NCBI GenBank assembly: GCA_963741805.1
Contig: CAVUJR010000003.1
Location: 56,876 to 120,875 of the forward strand
Length of the DNA: 64,000 nt
Direction of reading: 5' to 3'
Source of the DNA: an uncultured Chloroflexia bacterium
GTDB taxonomy: Bacteria > Chloroflexota > Chloroflexia > Thermomicrobiales > UBA6265
Within the stretch, counting starts at the first letter, position 1. Each line of letters opens with the position of its first letter. The notes under the pieces were generated by a model. That model searched no databases. It was not told where the DNA came from and was given only the letters and a program-made list of their open reading frames with translations. Positions 19,265 through 28,048 of the stretch are shown piece after piece. A program made the translations under genes and the position numbers.

Positions 19265-20978
19265 GTGACAGGAGAGGCCTGCCAAGGCGCATATCGTCTG
19301 CGGGCGGCCACATGGCTGCTTCTCGCCGGTCAGCTCGCATCGGTGTCGACGGTCGCGATGGCCGCGCCGCGGTCGCTGGTCGCGCTCCTGGTCGGGTTCG
19401 GTCTTGCGTCTCTGGGCCGCGCTTCGTCTTTCTCCGCACATCGACGAGGCCGCGAGCATTCTTGCCGCGAACGTGGTCGCGGACCATCTTCTCCCGGTCC
19501 TGCCGTCGGGAACCGTGTATTTCCAGGGCTACACGCTGTCCTTGCTCTTGATGCCGTTCGTTTGGTTCGGCCACGGAGGGCTGGGCGACCTCTTGCTCAT
19601 GCGGATGGTGAGCGTTGCTGCCGGTACGGGCGCGATCTCCCTTAGTACCTTATGGCCGGAAACGTGATCTCAAAGCGCGTGGGTGCGATCGTCGCGGCGA
19701 TGCTCCTGGCCATCGATCCGCTAACCGTCCAGTGGGGCGGCCACGTGCGGATGTACGCCTTGCTCCAACTTATGGTCGTCACGCTCGCTTGGGCATTCGC
19801 GGTTTCGCACGAGATGGGATCGATGGCAGAACCGTCGCGGCTGTCGTGCTTCGCTCTGGCCTGGGCCGCCGTGTTTACCCACGTTGGAGCGTCGGTCGTT
19901 GTCATGGCGCTCTTGGTCAGTATCATCGTTGTCTTCCGGCTGGATGTCCTGCGTCGTCCCGCTCTCCGCGCGCTCATGATCCTGTAGTGGCGCTGCGCCG
20001 GTGGCCTTATTGGGAGCGAACTGGTTGCTGAGCCCGGAGGGCGTGACGCACAGCGGGGACGCGACATCTCACGGCCTATGGTTCGTTGGCAATAGCCAGA
20101 TCGAGCTGTTCGGATTCATGCGCGACATGTCAGCCGAACGGGTGCTGTCCTTGCTCGTAGTGAAGAGCGCGCGCTTCTGGCTCATGCCCGTCTCCATTGT
20201 TTTGTTTGGAGCCGCCGTAGCGCTGTTCGATCAGTTGATCCCGCGCCGTCATGGCGGTGCCCCCCTCATCCTGAGGCAACCTTGTTCGTCCTCCTCGCAT
20301 ACTGGCTCACGACCGTCGGGTTCGTTCTCTTCAGTAAGGGCCTCGTCGGGCGCTACCTGCTGCATGTGCACGCTCTCGGCTATGTGTTCATTGCTTCACT
20401 TGTCGTAGGGCTCGGACGCATCTTTACGACGCGGTGGTCCATGCCCGGTCTTTGCCAGGCCTCATGGCGAGTGCCACGGTCGTTGCCCTACTCCTCCTGA
20501 TACTCGGGCAGAACGTCCAATGGAGATTCGAGCACCCGGTCGTCAACGCCGATTATCACGACGCGATGGAGTACTGTTGGAGGAACACCAGACCCGGGCA
20601 GCCGGTGGTGGCCGCTCTGCCGCCGCCCGTGTACCTGGGCCTGGAACCGGAAAGCCGCGACGACGTGTACTTCCTCGCCGGTCCAGCCGACAGCGCCCGC
20701 GCAAGGGACTACAGCCGGGTCACCCCAGGGCGATCGGATCGACTATTGGGTGGGCGCCGAGACGATCGTCTCGGCCCACGGACTACGCCAGTTGTTCTTC
20801 GAGCACCCTGACACGATGCTGGTCGTCGATGCGTACCGCCTTACAGTGGCTGAGCTACGGCGGCGAGATCGAGGACGTGATCCGGGAGATGACGGTTCCC
20901 GTTTACTACGGCCCTGGAGGCGTCGCGGTCATGGTGGTCGAGCCCGCGCAGATCGGTCCCGGCCCCAAGGCGAACTGA
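19265..20978 (+). pseudogene. GT-C/GT39-like (PMT/ArnT-type) polytopic membrane glycosyltransferase, fragmented by about 7 frameshifts
   Basis: Consecutive ORFs 19265, 19404, 19652, 20001, 20282, 20434, 20750 and 20520 (frames 2,0,2,0,2,1,2,0) read as one continuous hydrophobic protein (...SPHIDEAASILAANVV...LLAIDPLTVQWGGHVRMYALL... C-terminus DYWVGAETIV...VVDAYRL...VPVYYGPGGVAVMVV). Confidence 0.6.
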
Positions 20979-21154
20979 TCCGCTGGCTCCCGGGCGGTCG
21001 CTGAATCCTTCGTCCCGGACCTGTCCCGCATCGCGCCTTACGAAGTTACGAGCCTCGTGCCGCCGATGGCAACCACATTGCGCGCGAAGAGCGCTGAGGT
21101 CGGGAGGCGAGCGCTGCCGGAACGAACGCGAATCAATCTGAAGGGGCTCGATCC

Positions 21155-21758
21155 ATGCCAAAGCTGCTGATCGCTACCACGACTGAACACGAGTTCGACA
21201 AGCTGCGCGAGTTCTTCGCCGATGACGAGGTCGAGGTCGTCTCCCACGCTGGAGGCCGGCGTGGACATGCCGGTGGGGTCCGGCACGACGTTCGACCAGG
21301 TCGCAATGGAGACCGCCGACAAGGTCGCGAAAGAGAGCGGACTGGTCACGATCACGGAGGCGTCAGGGATCGAGGTCGATGTTCTCGACGGCGCGCCGGG
21401 CGTTTCATCTTCAGATATGCCGGCACGGAGGCCACCGATGCTGAGAACCGTCAGGAGTTACTGCGAGACGTCAATGTCTCCGGGTACACGAGCCGGTCGG
21501 CCCGAATGATCACCTATATCGGCGGTCGCGCATCCGGACGGTCGACTGCAAACCTTCGGAAGCACGCTTGAAGGGGTCATCGCGGACGAGGAGCGGGGCG
21601 TCGAGGGTGCCGGGTACGAGCCCATTTTCGAGCTGGACGACGGCATGACCATCGCCGAGCTGTTGCCGGACGCGCGTGACCGTGTCCATCCACGCGCGGT
21701 GGCCTTCGCCAAGGCCAGGCCCTTCATCGTAGAGCTGTTCGCGGAGCAAGGCGGCTAG
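21155..21758 (+). pseudogene. rdgB: Non-canonical purine NTP pyrophosphatase (RdgB/HAM1), 3 frameshifts
   Basis: The pieces MPKLLIATTTEHEFDKLREFF... / TLEAGVDMP..TFDQVAMETADKVAKESGLVTITEASGIEVDVLDGAPGV / RYAGTEATDAENRQELL / ...GYEPIFELDDGMTIAELLPDARDRVHPRAVAF together give a full RdgB only if the frame changes near 21245, 21412 and 21521. Confidence 0.7.
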
Positions 21759-22117
21759 TTGGTACCCCACGGCACGCACCCGATTCCGATCAACCGGACC
21801 GGGTGAGTCGGGGGAGAGGATCCGGGTCCGTGGCCCGGCCACGCGCACATCACGAGCCCTGCTTGTTCCCCGAGCGATTGCACGATGAATCGACGTAATC
21901 ATGAGGCTGCGGTATGCCCGGACAGTCATGCGCTTCGGGACATTTCATCAAAGCAACGAATGGTGCCGCGAAGTCTGATAGAATCGATCCATTCCAGACT
22001 GTGCAGCCCATGTCAAACCACTCTTGACATCGCGCACCTCCTTCAAATGCATGCCGCTGCAAGTCGCGTTGGTTTCCTTTCGGTGCTCGATGCCACCTGT
22101 TAGGAGGTATCGGTGCC

Positions 22118-23119
22118 ATGGACCGCGGACGCTTCTACCGAATGGCCGCTCAGGTCGCTCGAGCACAGACCAGACATGTACGTAGTTTGTGGCGAGCGCC
22201 AATCGTCGTAGCCTCAGCAACCAGCGGCGTCGCGCAAAACTCGCGTGCGCAGCGCCCAGAACCAACCCCGACGTCCATGCCGATCCGGGTCGCTCCTGAG
22301 CCCACCCCAACATCAGGGCCGCCCGACTCAATCGCTCTTCCACCCACGCCAACCGTGCCATCGAGCGGCCCGGGCAACGTGACTCCGACCGCCACCTCGG
22401 TGCCGCCCACACCGACCGCCACATCCGTCCCCCCTGCGGCGATACCGCCGTCGCCAACCCCGGTAACGCCAACCCAGGCGCCCCCTCAGGAAGAAGCGCA
22501 GCCCGGGGAGGCTCAGCAGTCCACATTCGATCCGTTCAACCCGTTCTGCCGACCGGGTCCGTTTGGGCCGTGGTTCCCTGTCGTGGCCCCACCTGACGTT
22601 ATGGCGATCACTGGCATCCGCTGGTACGGGTTACAGCCCGACATGGCCAACGGAATATTGAGTGCCAGCGCCTTCGGCGACGGCGGAGACGAGTTGAGCC
22701 GAGGGCAGGTAAATCGGGACAGCAGCGGTGCCTACAACTGGAGCCTTTCGGATGGTCAGGCTCGGATCGAGGCGTCCTTCTCCCTACAGACTGACGGCGA
22801 GGAAGGGACCATCGTCGGTGAGGTGGCTGATACTCCCTATATCCTGACGGTGACCGGTCAGCTGGAGATGGACGAGCCTGTGTCGCTCGGGGACGCCGAG
22901 CAGCGCCTTGTGGCCCAGTGGAGCGCAGTCATCCCGAAGATGGAAGTCCTCTTCGACGTCTTCTCCACAGGGAGCTCGTCTCCCTCGGCGAGCCCGGAGA
23001 AGTGCTTCACCTCCGGGTTCTTGCTCCCGTTGTCGATCATTACTTGTCCGGTGAGCGGACTTGGGTGCGCGGCCGCCGGCATCTTCGGTGGCTATATCTG
23101 GAAATTTTGCACCGATTAG
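22118..23119 (+). CDS. Secreted/exported hypothetical protein, paralog 1 (Pro/Thr-rich linker plus conserved C-terminal domain)
   Basis: AGGAGG site (22102-22107). The domain FDPFNPFCRPGPFGPWFPVV... is shared with the next gene. Cys-containing hydrophobic tail ...GCAAAGIFGGYIWKFCTD. Confidence 0.55.
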   Translation: MDRGRFYRMAAQVARAQTRHVRSLWRAPIVVASATSGVAQNSRAQRPEPTPTSMPIRVAPEPTPTSGPPDSIALPPTPTVPSSGPGNVTPTATSVPPTPTATSVPPAAIPPSPTPVTPTQAPPQEEAQPGEAQQSTFDPFNPFCRPGPFGPWFPVVAPPDVMAITGIRWYGLQPDMANGILSASAFGDGGDELSRGQVNRDSSGAYNWSLSDGQARIEASFSLQTDGEEGTIVGEVADTPYILTVTGQLEMDEPVSLGDAEQRLVAQWSAVIPKMEVLFDVFSTGSSSPSASPEKCFTSGFLLPLSIITCPVSGLGCAAAGIFGGYIWKFCTD

Positions 23120-23257
23120 CGGTTCGCGTTCGCAGATAACGCCGCGATCGTCTGGCGATCAGCGGCGGACCAGTGGGTCCCCGTAAAGATCTCCTGGACG
23201 CAGAACTTGTCCCCATGCCTGCGGCATACAGGTGCCGGAGGAGGAAGAGGTTTCGAA

Positions 23258-24007
23258 ATGGACTTCCAGCGCTTTGATGAACTCACGACGCAACTGCGCA
23301 CTGGCCAGATCGGTCGGCGCCGGTTTCTTATGAGCGCCATCGCTCTCGGTATCGGATTGCCGCACGTCACCGAGGCACTCGCAGCCCGGTCTGGAGAGCT
23401 CGATGATGCGCCTGCCTTTACCACTCAGGGACAAACGACGCCGTACAACCCGTTTGACTGGTTTTGTTGGCCGGGGCCAGGGCCGTTCATCCCATGGTTT
23501 CCGGTCGTTCCGGACGCGGATGCGGTCCGTGGAACTCGCGTTCGAATGTATGGGCTCCATCTCGGCGAAGGCGACTTGATGACTATGGCCGCCTTTGGGA
23601 ACGACAATCAGGAATTGAGTCGCTGCGAGACGTCGCGAGATCCCGACGGTTCGATTCGCCTCCGCTTCTCTGACGGAGTGACCGAGATAGAGGGTCGTAT
23701 TCTGGTCGAGCGAGATGCTGCCGGTAGCGTCCACGTGACCGGCGAGCTTGGCGGAGACCTGCTCGACACGGACGCTGAAGCATTTCCGGCCGAACGTGAG
23801 GATCCAGCGCAGAGCGAGTTGCTGAACGACTGGGTGCCGTTGGAGCACGAGGTGCGCGGTCTGCTCGACGTCCTTTCGACGGTCGGTGATGACACCGCTA
23901 CCGCCGGCGGGGCAAAGTGCGCCGCCGCCGGCTACCTGGCCGGCTTCAATTGCCTCGTTCCTCGTTGGCTCGCTTGGGCCGTTCGGGATTTCGTCATGTG
24001 TGGATGA
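23258..24007 (+). CDS. Tat-signal hypothetical protein, paralog 2
   Basis: ATG 23258 after GGAGGAGGAAGAGG. N-terminus MDFQRFDELTTQLRTGQIGRRRFLMSAIALG (twin-arginine). Domain YNPFDWFCWPGPGPFIPWFPVV... Tail ...KCAAAGYLAGFNC. Confidence 0.6.
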   Translation: MDFQRFDELTTQLRTGQIGRRRFLMSAIALGIGLPHVTEALAARSGELDDAPAFTTQGQTTPYNPFDWFCWPGPGPFIPWFPVVPDADAVRGTRVRMYGLHLGEGDLMTMAAFGNDNQELSRCETSRDPDGSIRLRFSDGVTEIEGRILVERDAAGSVHVTGELGGDLLDTDAEAFPAEREDPAQSELLNDWVPLEHEVRGLLDVLSTVGDDTATAGGAKCAAAGYLAGFNCLVPRWLAWAVRDFVMCG

Positions 24008-24083
24008 TGCCGAGTCCCTGTACGACTATGGGTGCGCTTAGCTCTGGGGTGTACATATGGATCTTTAGCCGGCTGCGGCGTTG

Positions 24084-24112
24084 TTGACACCGGTGCGGGT
24101 GGCACCTATACT
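24084..24112 (+). promoter_or_regulatory. Sigma-70-type promoter of the leuS leader
   Basis: TTGACA (24084-24089), 17-nt spacer, TATACT (24107-24112). Confidence 0.65.
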
Positions 24113-24350
24113 TCAATCGCTCCGGACGGGGTGACCCTTGCCGGAGATCAACAGTGGACAGCACGATGTACTGGCGATGAACGGAAGTAGTACGCTTCGC
24201 CCTCCAGAGAGACGCCGGCGGTGAGAGGCGTCACGAGAAGCGGAACTCGTCCGGGAGCCGCGCGGGTGAATGATCAGCCCGGGCCGGAAGCCTCCGTTAC
24301 AGGGCACAGAGCGGATCACGGAGTGGTCTGCGACCCAGGCGCAAAGACAC

Positions 24351-24423
24351 GGGGCCGTAGCTCAGCTGGGAGAGCACCACACTGGCAGTGTGGGGGTCAG
24401 GGGTTCGAGTCCCCTCGGCTCCA
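24351..24423 (+). tRNA. tRNA-Ala (anticodon GGC)
   Basis: 73-nt cloverleaf: acceptor GGGGCCG/CGGCTCC with G3:U70, D arm GCTC-AGCTGGGA-GAGC, anticodon arm CCACA-CTGGCAG-TGTGG, T arm AGGGG-TTCGAGT-CCCCT, discriminator A. CCA is not encoded. Confidence 0.9.
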
Positions 24424-24487
24424 CCCGAACGCGCATGGATTGCATGAACCGGCCTGATCAAGCAGGGTGGTACCGCGGATGCGCCCG

Positions 24488-24528
24488 ACGCCTTCGTCCC
24501 TGAGAGGGATGAGGGCGTTTTTGTGTTT
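24488..24528 (+). terminator. T-box leader intrinsic terminator
   Basis: ACGCCTTCGTCCC-tgaga-GGGATGAGGGCGT followed by TTTTTGTGTTT. Its 5' arm overlaps the antiterminator. Confidence 0.75.
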
Positions 24529-24572
24529 AACGAGCGATTGGTTTGTGGTCACCGGCCACGGGAGCGACAACG

Positions 24573-27077
24573 ATGAGCGTCCAGACTGAATCCAACGAAA
24601 TTGTCCACGAGGCAGATGCCCACCGCTATGATCACCGGGTGATCGAACCACGCTGGCGCGAGGCGTGGCAGGAGCACGCGATCTACAAGGTGGAGGACGA
24701 TAGCGAGAAGCCGAAGTGGTACTCGCTGACGATGTACCCGTACCCATCGGGCATCCTGCACGTCGGCCACTGGTACGCGTTCGCCGTGCCGGATGTCTTC
24801 GCCCGACGCCAGCGCATGCTGGGGTACAACGTGCTCTTCCCGATGGGATTCGACGCCTTCGGGCTGCCAGCCGAGAACGCTGCCATTCGCAACAACATCC
24901 ATCCCGCCCAGTGGAATGGCGAGAACATTCCCCAGATGAAGCGCCAGTACGACATGATGGGCGCCATGATCGACTGGTCGCGCGAAGTCAACACGTCCGA
25001 CCCCGATTACTATCGCTGGAACCAGTGGATTTTCCTGAAGATGTTGGAAAGGGGCCTCGCCTACCGCAAGGACGGCGCGGTGTGGTGGTGCCCGAACGAT
25101 CAGACCGTGCTGGCGAATGAGCAGGTCCTGGAAGGCAATATCTGCGAGCGCTGCGGTTCCGAGGTCTACAAGCGCGACCTGGAGCAGTGGTATTTCCGAA
25201 TCACCGAGTACGCACAGGAACTGCTCGACGAGCTGGACAGCCTCGACTGGCCGCAGCGCGTCAAGACGATGCAGCGCAACTGGATCGGTCGCTCCGAGGG
25301 CGCGCGGCTCCAGTTCGAGCTCGAGACGGGCGACACGCTCGACGTCTTCACCACCCGTCCGGATACCGTGTTCGGCGCCACGTTCATGGTGATGGCCCCC
25401 GAGCATCCGCTGGTCCAGAAGATCACGACCGACGAGCAGAAGGATGACGTCGAGGCGTACATCGCCAAGGCTCGGAACGAATCCGAGATCGAGCGCCTGT
25501 CCACGGACGTTGAGCGCAAGAAGACGGGCGTCTTCACCGGCGCATACGCGATCAACCCGGTGAACGACGAGAAGATCCCGGTCTGGATCGCCGATTACGT
25601 GCTGATGACGTACGGCACCGGCGCGATCATGGCGGTGCCGGCCCACGACGAGCGTGACTTCGCGTTCGCGCGTACCTTCGAACTGCCCATCCGGGTCGTC
25701 ATCCAGCCCGAAGACCAGGAAACACTGGTCCCGGCGAGCATGGACGAGGCCTACATTGGGCCGGGCAGGATGGTGAACTCGGGCCGATTCGACGGTCTTC
25801 CCGTCCCGGAAAGTATCGACACGGTCATCCGGTGGCTTGACGAGCAGGGACGGGGCAAGGCGGAGGTTACCTGGCGGCTGCGGGACTGGCTGATCTCTCG
25901 CCAGCGGTACTGGGGGACGCCGATCCCGGTTGTCTACTGCGATGACTGTGGTGTCGTGCCTGTCCCGGAAGACCAGTTGCCCGTCGTGCTGCCGTTGGAC
26001 GCCGAGTTCAAGCCGACCGGCCAAAGCCCGCTAATCACGCACGAGGGCTTCCTGAACACGACGTGCCCAACGTGCGGCGGTCCTGCGCGTCGGGAAACCG
26101 ACACCATGGACACGTTCATGGACTCGTCCTGGTACTGGTTCCGTTACACGAGCCCGCATTATGAAGATGGCCCCTTCGATCCAGAGAAGGCCAGGGAGTG
26201 GACACCCGTCGATCTCTACTGTGGCGGCATCGAACACGCGATCCTGCACCTGCTCTACGCGCGCTTCTTCACGAAGGTGCTGCGCGACTTCGGCCTAATC
26301 GATCACGGTGAGCCATTCGTCCGTCTCCGGAATCAGGGGATGATCCTCTCGGCCGAGGGCGTGAAGATGAGCAAGAGCCGCGGCACGCAGATCGGCCCGG
26401 ACGATCTGGTCGAGGAGCACGGCGCGGACGCCCTGCGCCTGCACCTGATGTTCCTCGGGCCGTGGGAGCAGGGCGGGCCGTGGAACGACCGTGGCATCAC
26501 GGGCATGGAGCGCTTCATCCGTCGCGCCTTCCAGATCGTATCGGAAGTCGGCGAGCGCCAGCTCGATGGCGAGGCGCCAGAGGCGGACGTCCGCGCTCTT
26601 CAGGCCTTGATGCACCGGACGATCAAGAAGGTGAGCGAGGACATCGACGATTTCTCGTTCAACACGATGATCGCCGCCCTCATCGAGTTCACGAACGAGC
26701 TGATGAAGCTCCGCGATACGCCGGTCGCCGACACGGCGCAGTGGCGCGAGGCGGCGGAAACGCTGACGTTGCTGATGGCGCCAAGCACTCCGTATGTGTC
26801 CGAAGAGATGTGGCGCCGGCTGGGCAACCCGTTCTCGGTCCATCAGCAGGATTGGCCGGTCTTTGACGCCGAGATGGCGAAGGACGACACGATCGAGATC
26901 CCGGTCCAGATCAACGGGAAGGTCCGTGACAAAGTGATAGTGCCGAACGGCGCCTCGAAGGATGACCAGCTGGCCGCCGCGAAGGGATCTGAGAAGATCG
27001 CCGAGCAGATCGCCGGCAAGACGATCGTCAAGGAGATTTCTGTTCCCGGACGCCTCGTGAACATCGTCGTCAAGTAG
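24573..27077 (+). CDS. leuS: Leucine--tRNA ligase
   Basis: Full-length class-I LeuRS (PYPSG.LHVGH, ...VKMSKSRG...). ATG 24573 after GGGAG. Confidence 0.95.
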   Translation: MSVQTESNEIVHEADAHRYDHRVIEPRWREAWQEHAIYKVEDDSEKPKWYSLTMYPYPSGILHVGHWYAFAVPDVFARRQRMLGYNVLFPMGFDAFGLPAENAAIRNNIHPAQWNGENIPQMKRQYDMMGAMIDWSREVNTSDPDYYRWNQWIFLKMLERGLAYRKDGAVWWCPNDQTVLANEQVLEGNICERCGSEVYKRDLEQWYFRITEYAQELLDELDSLDWPQRVKTMQRNWIGRSEGARLQFELETGDTLDVFTTRPDTVFGATFMVMAPEHPLVQKITTDEQKDDVEAYIAKARNESEIERLSTDVERKKTGVFTGAYAINPVNDEKIPVWIADYVLMTYGTGAIMAVPAHDERDFAFARTFELPIRVVIQPEDQETLVPASMDEAYIGPGRMVNSGRFDGLPVPESIDTVIRWLDEQGRGKAEVTWRLRDWLISRQRYWGTPIPVVYCDDCGVVPVPEDQLPVVLPLDAEFKPTGQSPLITHEGFLNTTCPTCGGPARRETDTMDTFMDSSWYWFRYTSPHYEDGPFDPEKAREWTPVDLYCGGIEHAILHLLYARFFTKVLRDFGLIDHGEPFVRLRNQGMILSAEGVKMSKSRGTQIGPDDLVEEHGADALRLHLMFLGPWEQGGPWNDRGITGMERFIRRAFQIVSEVGERQLDGEAPEADVRALQALMHRTIKKVSEDIDDFSFNTMIAALIEFTNELMKLRDTPVADTAQWREAAETLTLLMAPSTPYVSEEMWRRLGNPFSVHQQDWPVFDAEMAKDDTIEIPVQINGKVRDKVIVPNGASKDDQLAAAKGSEKIAEQIAGKTIVKEISVPGRLVNIVVK

Positions 27078-27096
27078 GGAATCCAAGGGAACGGTC

Positions 27097-27135
27097 GGGA
27101 GAGGGGTAGCGCCACAGCGCTGCCCCTCTCTTGTG
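27097..27135 (+). terminator. Terminator after leuS
   Basis: GGGAGAGGGGTAGCGC-caca-GCGCTGCCCCTCTC followed by TTGTG. Confidence 0.55.
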
Positions 27136-27219
27136 CCCGCGGGGACCGACGACAGGAAGCCGGAACCGGAGTACCCTGACGCGGAGACCCGTGACCCGAG
27201 ATACCGGAGGCAGAGAACG

Positions 27220-27891
27220 ATGAAGCACCTGAGTCCCCATCAGATTGACGCGCTGAAGCGCATCGACAGCCCGACAGTCGCGAACGCGATCGAGACGTTC
27301 GAGGTCCGGCCGCGTGTGAGCGGCTACGTCGGCTATGACATCCGCTGCATCTTCCAGGACATGCCGCCAACGGTCGGCTACGCGGTCACGTGCACCGTCG
27401 ACAGCACGACCGAGGGACGCGAGGGCATCGGATTCAATGCGCTTTACGCGTTGCTGGAGAAGGCGCCAAAGCCAGCGATCGTGGTCATGCAGGACGTCGG
27501 GCAGGATCGTACCCACTCCTGCCATGCGGGCGAGGTGATGTCGACACGCATGAAGGCGCTGGGCGCGGTGGGCATCCTGACGGACGGTGGCCTGCGGGAC
27601 GCGAACGAGGTCCGCAACCTGGGCGGTTTCCAGTACTTCTGCGCCGGGCTGGTCGTCTCGCACGGCAACCCGATCTGCGTGAGCGTCGGTGACGATGTGA
27701 CGATCTCGGGCATGACAGTGAAGATGGGCGATCTGCTGCACGGTGACCTGAACGGCATTGTGCATATCCCGGACGAGGTTGCGGCGGACGTCGCCGAGGC
27801 GGCGCACACGGTGTGGGAGCGCGAAGGTGAAACCCTCCGCGGCATCACCGGCCAGGGCGGGGATGTGCCGAGCGGCGAGCTGAAGCATTAG
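27220..27891 (+). CDS. RraA family protein (RNase E regulator / HMG-CHA aldolase-like)
   Basis: ...SPTVANAIE...VVMQD.......GE.M......G..G...DG..RD..E......F......SHG... pattern. ATG 27220 after GGAGG. Confidence 0.65.
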   Translation: MKHLSPHQIDALKRIDSPTVANAIETFEVRPRVSGYVGYDIRCIFQDMPPTVGYAVTCTVDSTTEGREGIGFNALYALLEKAPKPAIVVMQDVGQDRTHSCHAGEVMSTRMKALGAVGILTDGGLRDANEVRNLGGFQYFCAGLVVSHGNPICVSVGDDVTISGMTVKMGDLLHGDLNGIVHIPDEVAADVAEAAHTVWEREGETLRGITGQGGDVPSGELKH

Positions 27892-27982
27892 GGGCGCGCG
27901 AACAGGCGGCCCTTGTGGTCGGCTCGGGGTCACAGCGGAGAGCCAGCTCCGGTCGTGCTACGAGGGCCGCTGCCAGCACGCA

Positions 27983-28040
27983 GAAGCGCGGCTCCGGGAG
28001 ATAGCACCGGAGGCGCTTCCTTGCGTTTGTCGCTTTTCAG
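27983..28040 (+). terminator. Hairpin plus T-rich tract after the RraA-like gene
   Basis: GAAGCGCGGCTCCGGGAG...CACCGGAGGCGCTTC followed by CTTGCGTTTGTCGCTTTTC. Confidence 0.45.
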
Positions 28041-28048
28041 CTGAATGC

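Larger units (their letters stand above)
24173..24528 (+). promoter_or_regulatory. T-box riboswitch leader (Leu specifier CUC) controlling leuS, interrupted by a tRNA gene
   Basis: Stem I spans 24173-24259: K-turn GGCGAUGA/GGAGCC, helices CGGA/TCCG and CGCTTC/GAAGCG, AGAGAG bulge, and a distal loop containing GGTGAGA. Specifier loop GAA-CUC-G (24246-24248). F-box CCGTTA (24294-24299). T-box AGGGTGGTACCGCG (24464-24477). Terminator 24488-24528. Confidence 0.8.

Noticed and set aside
21759-22117. Lower-GC 360-bp spacer with small ORFs (e.g. 21885..22103, 72 aa) as possible small genes or an ncRNA.
   Set aside because: There is no ribosome-binding site and no recognisable RNA-family motif. It most likely holds the promoter/leader of the 22118 gene (TTGACA at ~22023).
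24351-24423. The tRNA gene as an integration site of a genomic island, given the adjacent novel genes and decayed genes.
   Set aside because: No integrase, recombinase or transposase ORF is present, and I found no direct repeat of the tRNA 3' half anywhere in the window by eye.
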